A stretch of DNA of 64,000 nucleotides from Candidatus Latescibacterota bacterium (GCA_965208125.1 OZ242320.1:192001-256000); one strand, 5' to 3'; counted from the stretch's first letter, positions 17,359 to 27,400 are shown. The notes: generated by a model not told the origin, from the letters alone. Made by a program: numbers and translations.

Positions 17359-19593
17359 ATGAAACATCTCCCCACATCCACAACGCAATGGGCAATGGTC
17401 CTCCTCCTTCTGTCTTTCGCTATGCCCGCCCTTGCACAGAATCACGCCTTTATTCAGGGCCAGGTACTCGACGAAACAGATCGCCCAGTAGCCTATGTCA
17501 ACGTACAAATCACTGGCACGCTCGACGGCGCAATCACCGATCGCGACGGCCGCTTTGCCTTCTCCACACAGCACATGGGCAAATACAAATTGCACGCATC
17601 CTTCATCGGCTATGAACCCGCTCAACAAACCCTGCATCTAACGCCAGGCGATACCACAACAGTTCGCCTCATCCTGCGCCTCGCCCTCATCGAACTCGAC
17701 GAGACCACTGTCACGGCAAGCACCTATACCACTGGGGAAGACGAAACCGTAACCCTCTCCCCCCTGGACGTCGTGACAACACCCGGCGCTTCTGCCGATA
17801 TATTCCGCGCATTCAAAACCTTCCCCGGTGTCGCAACCGTCGATGACGGCGCTGGCCTCTTTGTGCGCGGAGGCGACGTGAGCGAAACCGTCATATTGCT
17901 CGGACAAGCCACAGTGGTGCATCCCTACAAATACGAATCGCCCACAGGCGGTGTCTTCGGCACCATCTCTCCCTTTATGGTACAGGGCACGGTCTTCTCC
18001 ACTGGCGGATTTCCCGCGCGCTATGGCAACGCGCTTTCCGCCGTCCTGTCCATGGAAACCCAGAACATGCCCGCGCAAAAAAGCTACACGCTCAATCTGG
18101 GCCTCGCCGCTGGCTCTCTCGGCCTCGACCTGCCCCTTGTGTCCGACAAATTGGGCGTACGCTTCACCGGCAACCTCAGCTTTACTGATCTTCTGTTTCG
18201 CGTCAACCGCCACAGCAGCGCATTCACCACCACACCGCGCGGGCACGATGGCAACCTCAATCTGATCTACCAGTACTCGCCGACCGGCCGCCTCAAATTC
18301 TTCAGCTTCAACGCGAGCGACCGCCTGGGCGTACGCGTCATAGAACCATCCTTTGACGGCATTTACAAAGGCAGTTCCAACAGCGCGTTGCACAACCTCG
18401 AGTGGACAGACGTATTTGCCCATTGGATCATGGAAACCAGCGCCTCGCTCAACCACCACACGGCGCGAAAACAACTGGGCAACCTTGATTTCTCACCCCG
18501 CGACCTGACCCTCAAACTTCGCACAGATATAGAACGCGCCCTCACCTCATCTGCCTTCTTGCGCCTCGGCGGTGAAATCGAACACACGAACAACCGACTC
18601 AAAGGTAGCATACCCCAGGGCGATATATTCGATCCCCAGGCAGAGATCTTTGAACTCGATACATCCTACGGTGCCAGACGTGTGGGTACCTACTTTGAAA
18701 TCGACATTGAACCTGCCCGCCGCATCGCGGTCAATCTCGGTACGCGTGCCGATCACCACAACCTGGGCGACCAGTTTTCCATAGACCCGCGCGTATCTGC
18801 GCGCTACCAGATCACCAAACACACAGACGCACGTCTCGCCTGGGGTATCTATCACCAATTCCCCGACCCATCCAAATACAACGCCACCAGCGGCAATCCC
18901 AATATAGGACCTCAACGCGCACAACACAGGATCATCGGCCTGCACCACGAACGCGACCAATTCATGGTGCGGCTGGAGGCATACCACAAACCCTATTACA
19001 ACCTCGTACTGGATCATCCCGACCTGAACCTCTCCAATGACGGCAAAGGCCGAGCCTCTGGCTTAGACCTCTTCCTCAAACGCGGCGATTTTCTCAGCAC
19101 GCGCTTCAGCGGATGGATGGCCTACAGCCTCCTGAAATCGCGCCGCTTGCAGGTGCGCCACATCGGATCAGAGATGCACTACGAAGAAGCCCCATCGCCT
19201 TATGACATCACGCACAACCTGACACTCGTCACAAAAATGCGGCTCATAGACGACCTCAGCGGCGGCCTGACCGTAAAGTATGCCACGGGTCGTCCCATCA
19301 CCCCAATCGTGGGCGCAATTCCCGTAGCAGATCAGAACTACTACCTGCCTATCGAAGGGCGCGTCGGCTCAGAACGGCTGCCTTCCTTTCGCCGGGTGGA
19401 TGGACAACTGAGCTATTTACTGCCCTTTGGCGCAAATCACCAGATCATCTTCTATTTGGCGATCAACAATTTGTTCAACCGCGCCAATGTGCTCGACTAC
19501 GACTACTCTATAGACTACAGCCAACGCCAGCCCCGCACCACCACCTTTCGCCGATCCATTTATTTCGGAGCCACCGTTACCTTAAACCCATAG
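17359..19593 (+). CDS. TonB-dependent outer-membrane receptor with N-terminal carboxypeptidase-regulatory-like domain
   Basis: Signal peptide; ASFIGY, FPGV..LFVRGGD plug, TGGFPARYGNALS, INNLFNRAN, aromatic C-terminal strand. Confidence 0.88.
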   Translation: MKHLPTSTTQWAMVLLLLSFAMPALAQNHAFIQGQVLDETDRPVAYVNVQITGTLDGAITDRDGRFAFSTQHMGKYKLHASFIGYEPAQQTLHLTPGDTTTVRLILRLALIELDETTVTASTYTTGEDETVTLSPLDVVTTPGASADIFRAFKTFPGVATVDDGAGLFVRGGDVSETVILLGQATVVHPYKYESPTGGVFGTISPFMVQGTVFSTGGFPARYGNALSAVLSMETQNMPAQKSYTLNLGLAAGSLGLDLPLVSDKLGVRFTGNLSFTDLLFRVNRHSSAFTTTPRGHDGNLNLIYQYSPTGRLKFFSFNASDRLGVRVIEPSFDGIYKGSSNSALHNLEWTDVFAHWIMETSASLNHHTARKQLGNLDFSPRDLTLKLRTDIERALTSSAFLRLGGEIEHTNNRLKGSIPQGDIFDPQAEIFELDTSYGARRVGTYFEIDIEPARRIAVNLGTRADHHNLGDQFSIDPRVSARYQITKHTDARLAWGIYHQFPDPSKYNATSGNPNIGPQRAQHRIIGLHHERDQFMVRLEAYHKPYYNLVLDHPDLNLSNDGKGRASGLDLFLKRGDFLSTRFSGWMAYSLLKSRRLQVRHIGSEMHYEEAPSPYDITHNLTLVTKMRLIDDLSGGLTVKYATGRPITPIVGAIPVADQNYYLPIEGRVGSERLPSFRRVDGQLSYLLPFGANHQIIFYLAINNLFNRANVLDYDYSIDYSQRQPRTTTFRRSIYFGATVTLNP

Positions 19594-19609
19594 ACTCAGG
19601 AGAACAGCC

Positions 19610-20464
19610 ATGCAATACATTTTACTCGCATTCATCGCCTCCCTCATCATCTTCACCAAACTCGGATGTGCGGTTGCGCGGCAATCAACCTATGAGCAAA
19701 ATTCCGGTCCGCCGACTGTCAAATCTGACGAACCCGCACAACCCGCCGCCGCTCTCCTCACCAGCGGCAAAAATATCCTTCAACAGGGTATAAACGAGAA
19801 CAATCTCGACGCAATGTACGCCGCCCGGGCGACATTCGAACGCGCTCTGGCTGATAAAAATCTATCGGCATGGAGCCATTACTACATCGCCCTCACCGAC
19901 TACCGCATCGCCAACTATCTCTTAGCCCAGGGCAAAAAGAACAAAGACCGGGCCTCTAAGCACCTCAAAGAAGCGGCAGAGCATCTGGAAGAAGCCACGC
20001 GGGAAGACATCACTCGTGAAGATGCCAAAACGATTGCTGCCGAAGTCTATGCACTGCTCTCAAGCGTGTACGGGCGACAAATCAGCCTGAGTGGAATCAA
20101 AGGCATGTTCCTGGGACCTAAATCAGGCAATCTCCTAAAAAAAGCCGAGCAACTCGCACCCGACAATCCGCGTGTGGTCCTGAGCGCGGCCATCAGTGCT
20201 TTTAATACGCCCAAAATGTGGGGCGGGAGCAAAGAACGGGCACTGGAAGGATTCCAACGCGCCGCATATCTCTTTTCTCGAGAAAAACCGATCAATCCCA
20301 TCCATCCCGTCTGGGGACATAGCGAAACTTATGCCTGGCTGGGTATCGCGTATATGGACCGCGATGAGAAGGATTCAGCGCGAGAGGCATTTGAAAAAGC
20401 GCTCGAAATTGATCCAGATAATGGCTGGGTCAAATACGATCTGTTGCCGAAGGTGACAGAATAG
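19610..20464 (+). CDS. Secreted tetratricopeptide-repeat protein
   Basis: Signal peptide; LKKAEQLAPDNPR, AWLGIAY..AREAFEKALEIDPDN. Confidence 0.82.
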   Translation: MQYILLAFIASLIIFTKLGCAVARQSTYEQNSGPPTVKSDEPAQPAAALLTSGKNILQQGINENNLDAMYAARATFERALADKNLSAWSHYYIALTDYRIANYLLAQGKKNKDRASKHLKEAAEHLEEATREDITREDAKTIAAEVYALLSSVYGRQISLSGIKGMFLGPKSGNLLKKAEQLAPDNPRVVLSAAISAFNTPKMWGGSKERALEGFQRAAYLFSREKPINPIHPVWGHSETYAWLGIAYMDRDEKDSAREAFEKALEIDPDNGWVKYDLLPKVTE

Positions 20465-20482
20465 CATAAGCAGCGCATTGAT

Positions 20483-20527
20483 AAAAAACGACCGCGACCC
20501 GAAGTATCTCGCGGTCTTTCTTTTTTA
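20483..20527 (+). terminator. Rho-independent terminator
   Basis: GACCGCGA...TCGCGGTC followed by a T-run. Confidence 0.6.
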
Positions 20528-20616
20528 TAAATCGGTTGACAGCATCTTCAATCGCCTATTACATTTGATCTCTCCCAAACAAAAATAGCAAAAACTCAAC
20601 TCACAAAGGAACGCAC

Positions 20617-21708
20617 ATGTCCAACGACAACATCATTCGCGTCGCTATCGGTGGTCAGGGTCGCAGTGGATACAACATCCATGCCAAACAATTGAACCAG
20701 ATGCCCGACAAATTCAAAATTGTAGCCGTAGCCGACCAATTGCCCGAGCGCAGGCGCGATGCCCGCGAACAATTTGGGGCCGAAGCTTATGAAGACTGGC
20801 AAGACATGATCAAAGCAGGTGGATTTGACCTCTTTGTCAATGCCCTGCACCAGCCTCTGCACCCCGTCGCCAGCATTGCCGCTCTCCAGGCGGGTAGCCA
20901 TGTCGTATGCGAAAAACCCACCTGCAAAACCGTGGCGCAATTCGACGACATCGTTCAGACAGCCAGAGACAACAACCGCGTCTTTGCCCCTTTTCAGAAC
21001 AACCGGTTACAACCCTACTTTGACAAAATCCAGGAAATCATCAACTCGGGCGTGTTGGGCAAAATTGTGTACATCCGATCCTCCTGGGGCGGTTTTTCGC
21101 GGCGCTGGGACTGGCAAACCCGTCAGGAAAACTGGGGCGGTGGCCTGCTCAATACAGGACCTCATCCCGTTGATCAAGCCCTCTGCCTCTTTGGCTTTGA
21201 CCGCACCCCCAGCGTCTTTGCCCGCATGGACTGCAACAACCCCTTTGAAGGCGATGCCGACGATCACTGCACCGTCACATTGTACGACCCCGAACGGCAG
21301 GCACCCCAAATCGACATCGTCGTGAGCAACTACCTGCATTATCCGCAAAACGACACCTACACCATTAACGGCACCTATGGCGGTCTCGCAGGGGGATCAT
21401 CAGCACTCAAATGGCGTTATTTTGACCCCGAAAAAGCCCCCAAACACGACATGTGGACCTGGTCGGTAAACCGACAGTACACCCGCGAAGAACTCGACTG
21501 GATCGAAGAAACGTGGACACTCGAAGAAGAGAAGAAAAACAACAACTCTCCCTCCGTCTCACTCGAAAGCGGTCCCGAACGCTTCTACAACAACATCTAC
21601 GACGCACTCAAAAACAACGGCGAACTCCTCATCACACCCGTGCAAGTACGCACACAAATCGCTGTGATAGAAGAATCCCATCGTCAAAACCCACTCCCCA
21701 AAAAATAA
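20617..21708 (+). CDS. Gfo/Idh/MocA family oxidoreductase
   Basis: IRVAIGGQGRSG, HVVCEKP, GGGLLNTGPHPVDQ. Confidence 0.9.
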   Translation: MSNDNIIRVAIGGQGRSGYNIHAKQLNQMPDKFKIVAVADQLPERRRDAREQFGAEAYEDWQDMIKAGGFDLFVNALHQPLHPVASIAALQAGSHVVCEKPTCKTVAQFDDIVQTARDNNRVFAPFQNNRLQPYFDKIQEIINSGVLGKIVYIRSSWGGFSRRWDWQTRQENWGGGLLNTGPHPVDQALCLFGFDRTPSVFARMDCNNPFEGDADDHCTVTLYDPERQAPQIDIVVSNYLHYPQNDTYTINGTYGGLAGGSSALKWRYFDPEKAPKHDMWTWSVNRQYTREELDWIEETWTLEEEKKNNNSPSVSLESGPERFYNNIYDALKNNGELLITPVQVRTQIAVIEESHRQNPLPKK

Positions 21709-21729
21709 AGTACAACAAAGGAAAACCCC

Positions 21730-22581
21730 ATGAGCATCCCCATCTTAGACACCCATCAGCATCTCATCTACCTGGGCAAATACCCCTATTCGTGGACCGA
21801 TGACCTCGCGCCACTCAAAGGCAATGCCTTCCACATCGAAGACTATTTGACCCTCACAAAAGGCAGCGGCATCACGCGCACCATTTTCATGGAAGCCTCG
21901 CCCGATGACCCTCACTGGCGGGACGAAACGCAATTTGTTTATGAACTATCCGAACAACCCAATGCCATAATCGAAGGCGTCATCGCCAACTGCCGTCCCG
22001 AATCCCCCTCTGGATTTGAAGCCTATATCGAATCTGTCCAGCACCCCAAACTCGTCGGCTTCCGCCGCATCCTGCACACCATGCCCGACGACCTCTCCCA
22101 ATCGGATCACTTTGCAACAAACATCCGCCTGCTCGAAAAATACAACCTCACCTTCGACCTCTGCTTCCGCACCGACCAGCTACCCATCGCCCGCAACCTC
22201 GCGCAAAAATGTCCAGACGTCCAATTCATCCTCGACCACTGCGGCGTACCGGATATTGCAAACAACGAGACAGACCCATGGCGCGACCACATCGCGCAAA
22301 TAGCCGCCCTCCCAAATGTCGCATGCAAAATCTCGGGCGTCCTCGCCTATTGCGCCGAAGGAAATGTCACCACCGAAGCGGTACGCCCTTATGTCGAACA
22401 CTGCATCGCCAGCTTCGGCTGGAATCGCGTGGTCTGGGGCAGCGACTGGCCCGTTTGCAACACGCGGTCCGATATCCAGACCTGGGTCCAAATATCGCGC
22501 GAAATCGTCGCCAACGCCGACGTAGCGGATCAGGAAAAACTCTTTCATAAGAACGCGGAACGCATCTATCTTAAAAAATAA
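21730..22581 (+). CDS. Amidohydrolase_2 family (sugar lactonase-like)
   Basis: DTHQH, ILDHCG, VACKISG, VWGSDWPV, NAERIY. Confidence 0.88.
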   Translation: MSIPILDTHQHLIYLGKYPYSWTDDLAPLKGNAFHIEDYLTLTKGSGITRTIFMEASPDDPHWRDETQFVYELSEQPNAIIEGVIANCRPESPSGFEAYIESVQHPKLVGFRRILHTMPDDLSQSDHFATNIRLLEKYNLTFDLCFRTDQLPIARNLAQKCPDVQFILDHCGVPDIANNETDPWRDHIAQIAALPNVACKISGVLAYCAEGNVTTEAVRPYVEHCIASFGWNRVVWGSDWPVCNTRSDIQTWVQISREIVANADVADQEKLFHKNAERIYLKK

Positions 22582-22636
22582 GAACGGTCCCTCATAGAGA
22601 GAGACCGTCTAATCGCGAAACGTCTCAATTCTGTCT

Positions 22637-22867
22637 CTAACTCTCCTCTCCCCCATCTGTGCGATCTTGCTCAACCTGCTGAGCAGCGGACATCCCGTCC
22701 TTTTTACCCATATTATAGGCGCGATATGATGCGGGTATCACCATCGCAGCCATAATCCCTGCCACAACAGCAGGCGAGATATTGATATCCATAATAAGCC
22801 GCAGTACGACTATAGCCGCCAGACCAGATGCGATATATCCGATTCCCACTCCAATAGCCTTATACAT
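22637..22867 (-). CDS. Small 2-TM membrane protein (tandem paralog 2)
   Basis: AGGAGG RBS; two hydrophobic helices; paralog of 22876-23097. Confidence 0.7.
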   Translation of the reverse strand: MYKAIGVGIGYIASGLAAIVVLRLIMDINISPAVVAGIMAAMVIPASYRAYNMGKKDGMSAAQQVEQDRTDGGEES

Positions 22868-22875
22868 AATTCCTC

Positions 22876-23097
22876 CTATTTCTCGGTTGTGCGATCTTGC
22901 TCAACCTTTTGCGCAGCGGATGCCCTGTCCTTTTTACCCATATTATAGGCGTGATATGATGCGTTTATCACCATCGCAGCCATAACTCCTGTCATAACAG
23001 CAGGCGATGTATCGATTCTCAAAATAAATTCAGCTATGGCTATAGCCGCAAAACCAGTTGCGACATGACCGATTCCTACCAAGATAGGCTTAAACAT
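22876..23097 (-). CDS. Small 2-TM membrane protein (tandem paralog 1)
   Basis: GAGGGGG RBS; shares ASYxAYNMGKKD..SAAQxVEQDRT with its neighbour. Confidence 0.7.
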   Translation of the reverse strand: MFKPILVGIGHVATGFAAIAIAEFILRIDTSPAVMTGVMAAMVINASYHAYNMGKKDRASAAQKVEQDRTTEK

Positions 23098-23108
23098 AAT
23101 CCCCCTCT

Positions 23109-23936
23109 TTAACCAACACGCGCACTCAATCCCCCGTCAACCGGAAGCAAAACACCCGTAATATACTTCGCCTCATCCGAAGCGAGAAATACTGCAGCGG
23201 AGGCCACATCCCACGCCGACCCCATCTTTTGTTCGAGAGGCACCTGTGCAGCGCGCTCCTGGCGAAGCGCATCCCGGTTGACACCCTGATCTTGCACGCG
23301 GGATTCAATCGCCATCGGCGTATCCATCAAACCGGGCAAAATCGCATTCACGCGCACGCCATAAGGCGCGTTTTCAAGCGCGAGATTCTGCGTAAGCGCA
23401 TTGATCCCCGCCTTGGCGATTTTGTACGCAAGCGTCCTGGGGCGAAAACACACAGCCGCCGTAGAAGAAATATTGATAATAACGCCATTTCTCTGCGTGC
23501 GCATAACGGGAAGCACATATTTACAGGTCAGGAACAACCCCTTGAGATTAATATCTATAAGTCGCTGCCAGTCTTCGCCACTCAGATCAACAGAACCACC
23601 GTCTCCCCTCAGCGTACCGACATTATTGTGCAAAATATCGATACGCCCATAGCGCTGGACACAGGTCTCGGCAATAGCTCGACAATCATCTTCAATCGTA
23701 ATATCCGCGCCGAGCACCGATGCACACCCCTTCTCCTGTGCAATCATCCGCGCAGTCTCTTCAGCAGACGCGGCATCCTTATCCACCAGAAGCACCTGCG
23801 CGCCCGCTCTGGCAAAGCGAATAGCCGTCGCCCGCCCATTGCCAATGGTCTCGCCCGCCGACTGTCCTGCCCCAACGACAATCGCTATTTTATCTTTAAG
23901 CTGCATATTCTCTTTGCATATTGATATCAGAGTCAT
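23109..23936 (-). CDS. Short-chain dehydrogenase/reductase
   Basis: Gly-rich GAG..GNGRA, NNVG, YKIAK (YxxxK), VNAILPG, VDGG; start may instead be 23906. Confidence 0.9.
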   Translation of the reverse strand: MTLISICKENMQLKDKIAIVVGAGQSAGETIGNGRATAIRFARAGAQVLLVDKDAASAEETARMIAQEKGCASVLGADITIEDDCRAIAETCVQRYGRIDILHNNVGTLRGDGGSVDLSGEDWQRLIDINLKGLFLTCKYVLPVMRTQRNGVIINISSTAAVCFRPRTLAYKIAKAGINALTQNLALENAPYGVRVNAILPGLMDTPMAIESRVQDQGVNRDALRQERAAQVPLEQKMGSAWDVASAAVFLASDEAKYITGVLLPVDGGLSARVG

Positions 23937-24646
23937 TCATTCGCAACCGACTCCCGGTTTTGCATCGCCACAAAATGGCGTTCCACCCGGCCTGTCGCCA
24001 GCATCGTACCGATGAGCAGTAACCATAGAACAAAGGCCGGCCCACTGAAATGATGCATACCGATCACTGCGTCTGTCCATATAAATTGCATGGCGATGCC
24101 GATAACCGCCGATGCGGGTGCGATATATCTGAGTTGACCGCCGACTTTCCACTGGTACCGCGCCGCGAGGATAAGCGCCAACCCAGCCGCCGAGAAACCG
24201 ATTTTGCCGGTAAACCATCGAAGGTATTCGGTCGTCTCTGCCGTGGTGGTCACCTCTGGTGCAATGGCAACAAGCGCGATTGCACACGCCCCGGAAATAA
24301 TCGTAAAAAGTCCAGACACAGCGAACAGCGCTGGCACCAGAGGCGTACCCAGTCGCTCCTTAATAATCCATGTTCTCGACAAAAACCACGCGCCTGTAAC
24401 CAGCGCAACCCCCGAGAGCAGCCTGCCAGCACCTCCCGTAGCGTAAAGGCCACCACTCTCTGAGATCGCGACGAGCGATTCAGCAAACGTGGGCTGATCC
24501 GCATCGGCAGCGACTCTTCCGATAACGGCAACACCTGTAGCGAGTGCAGTCAATATCAGAGACAGCCCACCTTTGCGAGCGCTGGAATCCAGTGGCCGAT
24601 CTGCTATCGCCTCGGCTGAAGTTGATGGATGCGATGATTCTTTCAT
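23933..24646 (-). CDS. Integral membrane protein (~6 TM)
   Basis: Multiple hydrophobic helices; ATG at 24646 preceded by GGGAG from the IS right end. Confidence 0.7.
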   Translation of the reverse strand: MKESSHPSTSAEAIADRPLDSSARKGGLSLILTALATGVAVIGRVAADADQPTFAESLVAISESGGLYATGGAGRLLSGVALVTGAWFLSRTWIIKERLGTPLVPALFAVSGLFTIISGACAIALVAIAPEVTTTAETTEYLRWFTGKIGFSAAGLALILAARYQWKVGGQLRYIAPASAVIGIAMQFIWTDAVIGMHHFSGPAFVLWLLLIGTMLATGRVERHFVAMQNRESVANE

Positions 24647-24790
24647 GACTACTCCCAACGCTAAAACTCTCTGCGAGTGGGCTTCTTGGCGATCAATCCG
24701 CCTGACGTTGTAGCCCCAACGTCAATATGTTTATCGCAGCATTATGATCTCTGTCCGTCTTATAGCCACACGCCTTGCAATGATGCACAC
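24628..24790 (-). ncRNA. Putative TnpB omega/reRNA (scaffold in the right end, guide from flanking DNA)
   Basis: Expected position for the family, overlapping the tnpB 3' end and the right-end hairpin; boundaries approximate. Confidence 0.45.
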
Positions 24791-25817
24791 GATCTGAGAG
24801 TGTCTTTTTCTCTCTATGTCCGCAGGCTGAGCAATCTTGTGACGTATAGTCAGGATCAACGGCTTTGAATCCAATACCAGCTTCTTCCGCTTTGTATTCG
24901 AGACAGTGCCGAAACAGGGACCACGCTACGTCTGATATTGATTTAGCCAATCGTCTGTTCTTTTGCATCTCTTTAACGTCTAATTTCTCTACGGCTATGA
25001 ATCCGTGACGATTGACCATTTTTCTTGATTCTTGATGAGCAAAGTTATGTCGCTTATTACGGATACGCTCATGCACTCTACCAATGACTTTACGACGCTT
25101 TTCTCTTGTGGGATCGGTCTTAGGTCTTTTTTTCACTTTGTCCCATTTGCTCTGTGCTTTGGCAAGGTTCTTTTCCTCTTTGCGAAAGAATCTCTGATTC
25201 TCTATTTTTTCGCCGTCACTGGTTACAGCAAAGGACGTAAGACCCACGTCAATGCCAACAGCAGAGTTAGTGTTTGGTTTCTTATCTTTTTCGCCAATAT
25301 CGCAAGAGATAGATACAAACCATTTGCCAGTAGCTGTGCGCGTGATTGTGCAAGACTTAGGGATACCCTCAAGTGACCTGTGCTGGACAATGCGAATGCA
25401 ACCAATACTGCCCAATCGCAAGCCCTTGTCGTCCAAACGGCATCCATTGGCAAACTGAGGATAGGTGATAGAATCATAGCGATTCTCATTCTTGTATCTG
25501 GGAAAGCCCGCTTTCTCGCCTGTCTTTGACTTCTCTTTGAGACGCCGAAAGAATCCTTTGAATGCTAAATCCACCCTTGCCGATACTTGTTGCAACACTT
25601 GACTATATACGTGCTTGAAAGCGGCGTGTTGTTGTTTTAACAATGGTATTGTTTTGGTCTGGTCATATTGCGAGAGAGACTGATTCTCATTTTTCCATGC
25701 TTGTATTCTGGCACAGAGTAGTTGATTATACAGAATACGACATTCGTCAATATGCGCCAGCAAGATTTGTTCTTGCTTTTTGGTCGGACGCAATCTGTAT
25801 TTTAATGACTTAACCAT
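24693..25817 (-). CDS. tnpB: RNA-guided endonuclease TnpB
   Basis: KYRLRPTKKQ HTH, GFPRYK, RuvC D (GIDVG), E (AVEKL), D (DRDHNAAINI), CxxC..CxxC zinc finger. Confidence 0.93.
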   Translation of the reverse strand: MVKSLKYRLRPTKKQEQILLAHIDECRILYNQLLCARIQAWKNENQSLSQYDQTKTIPLLKQQHAAFKHVYSQVLQQVSARVDLAFKGFFRRLKEKSKTGEKAGFPRYKNENRYDSITYPQFANGCRLDDKGLRLGSIGCIRIVQHRSLEGIPKSCTITRTATGKWFVSISCDIGEKDKKPNTNSAVGIDVGLTSFAVTSDGEKIENQRFFRKEEKNLAKAQSKWDKVKKRPKTDPTREKRRKVIGRVHERIRNKRHNFAHQESRKMVNRHGFIAVEKLDVKEMQKNRRLAKSISDVAWSLFRHCLEYKAEEAGIGFKAVDPDYTSQDCSACGHREKKTLSDRVHHCKACGYKTDRDHNAAINILTLGLQRQAD

Positions 25818-25823
25818 AATAAA

Positions 25824-25852
25824 AATATACATTTATGTGCTGTTTGTGTCAA
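25824..25852 (-). promoter_or_regulatory. sigma70 promoter of tnpB (probably leaderless)
   Basis: TTGACA-17bp-TATATT ending 7 bp before the ATG at 25817; no SD. Confidence 0.6.
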
Positions 25853-26024
25853 GTTGAAAATAGAATAAATCTTGTTGATTTACCGCCACCGATAGTCCCT
25901 TGAGGACTATCCCCAAGCTAAAGCCACCCCGCAAATTCGTAAGCCCTTCGCCATGCGACCCAACGCTAAAGCTGTTGGGTTTTACGGGCTTTTCGGATAA
26001 TGCTTGCACGATAACTATCTGTAA

Positions 26025-27284
26025 TTAGCCAGCGATGCCCCCTCCCGCGCACGCATGCACAACATCCGACTCCATATTGACAAAAGTATTTTCCTCAATC
26101 ATCGTTCCGCGCGCTTCGCGCTCGATCGCAATCCCCACCTTTTGCTTCTCTCCCCCCGAATCCTCAATCCGATTATCTCGAATCTCCACATCGTACGTCG
26201 TACCTCGAATCTCAATCCCATACCCATTCTCGGCAAAACCATTATCGCGGATTACACACGAACGAATCGCATTTCTGTGCGCCCCTCGAAACTCGGATAA
26301 AGGCGTCCGAAACAAAATGCCCACCTTGTGATTACCCGTAATCTCGCAATTGACAATGAGGTTATCCGTATCTCTGTGCCCAATTGAAATACCAAAATCC
26401 CGATTGTCCAAACACGCGCAATCCTCGGCGATGCCATCCGACACACCCCAACAAAAGAAAATGCCCTGACTATTACTCGTTGACCGACACATACGAAACC
26501 GCGGCCGCTGCGATCCACTTCCCGGATGAAATCCCAGATTGGCATTGTTCTCCGACACACAATTTTCAAAAACAAAATCATCGCAAACCTGAAAACTGAA
26601 CCCATCGCCATTGTAATTGCGCGCCGTCACATTCCGAAAGGTATAGCGGTGGCAACGCTGTAAAAACACCGCACCCGAATAATTCCCATTGATCTCTTCA
26701 TTCTCCTCTTTATTCCCATCCAGAACGATATTCTCAACAGTCACATCGCAAACCCCTTCTTCCGCCGTCAAAATGGGGAAAATCGTCGCCAGCGTAGCCT
26801 GTTCATCCAGCCACATATTTTTATACACCCGCTTACTAAGCGAAATCACCGCCCCCTCAATCGCCGTCACAGTATCTTTCACCACCGTCATCCCGGACTT
26901 GCCATAAGACCGCAACATCACCCCGCATCCCACACCAAATCCACACGCATCCTCCACCTCGACCCGCGCCTCATACCAATCGGAATCCCGCACCAGAGGA
27001 GTCACAACCCCCTCGTCCTTCTTCAACACCGTCGCACTACCCGCCCCGCGCACAGTCAAATTTGGATGCAGATAAAGCGCGTTACGCATCGTATATACCC
27101 CCGACAAAATCTGCAAAACACCACCGCCCAAACGGTGCAAATAATCCGCACCAGCCTGCAAAACCCGATCATCGCTCCCCTGCAAATCCCCCTCGCCCTG
27201 CCCCACCGTCAACACCATCTCCCGCCGCTCTGTCATAGGCCGATTAGCAGAAAAATCCAACATATCAACGCTCCTCAAATTCAT
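26025..27284 (-). CDS. Right-handed parallel beta-helix (pectin lyase-fold) protein
   Basis: LQAGADYL..GGGVL..G.Y N-cap; repeated N/G-rich beta-helix rungs; start may be 27260 or 27236. Confidence 0.8.
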   Translation of the reverse strand: MNLRSVDMLDFSANRPMTERREMVLTVGQGEGDLQGSDDRVLQAGADYLHRLGGGVLQILSGVYTMRNALYLHPNLTVRGAGSATVLKKDEGVVTPLVRDSDWYEARVEVEDACGFGVGCGVMLRSYGKSGMTVVKDTVTAIEGAVISLSKRVYKNMWLDEQATLATIFPILTAEEGVCDVTVENIVLDGNKEENEEINGNYSGAVFLQRCHRYTFRNVTARNYNGDGFSFQVCDDFVFENCVSENNANLGFHPGSGSQRPRFRMCRSTSNSQGIFFCWGVSDGIAEDCACLDNRDFGISIGHRDTDNLIVNCEITGNHKVGILFRTPLSEFRGAHRNAIRSCVIRDNGFAENGYGIEIRGTTYDVEIRDNRIEDSGGEKQKVGIAIEREARGTMIEENTFVNMESDVVHACAGGGIAG

Positions 27285-27340
27285 AAGTTATCTCGTACTT
27301 GAAACCAAAGATAATAATGGATTGCCATGCATCCAAAGAC

Positions 27341-27372
27341 AAAAAAATACCCGGCGAGAACCGGGTATTTTA
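27341..27372 (-). terminator. Bidirectional terminator ending the GH3 operon
   Basis: AAAATACCCGG cgagaa CCGGGTATTTT. Confidence 0.75.
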
Positions 27373-27400
27373 TCCATGATGGATACTGAAAGCGCATGCC

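Larger units (their letters stand above)
24645..25996 (-). mobile_element. Non-autonomous IS200/IS605-family element (tnpB only)
   Basis: tnpB flanked by related subterminal hairpins (left AACCCAAC..TTTAGCGTTGGG, right AAGCCCAC..TTTAGCGTTGGGAGTAGTCAT); no tnpA; exact ends inferred. Confidence 0.75.
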
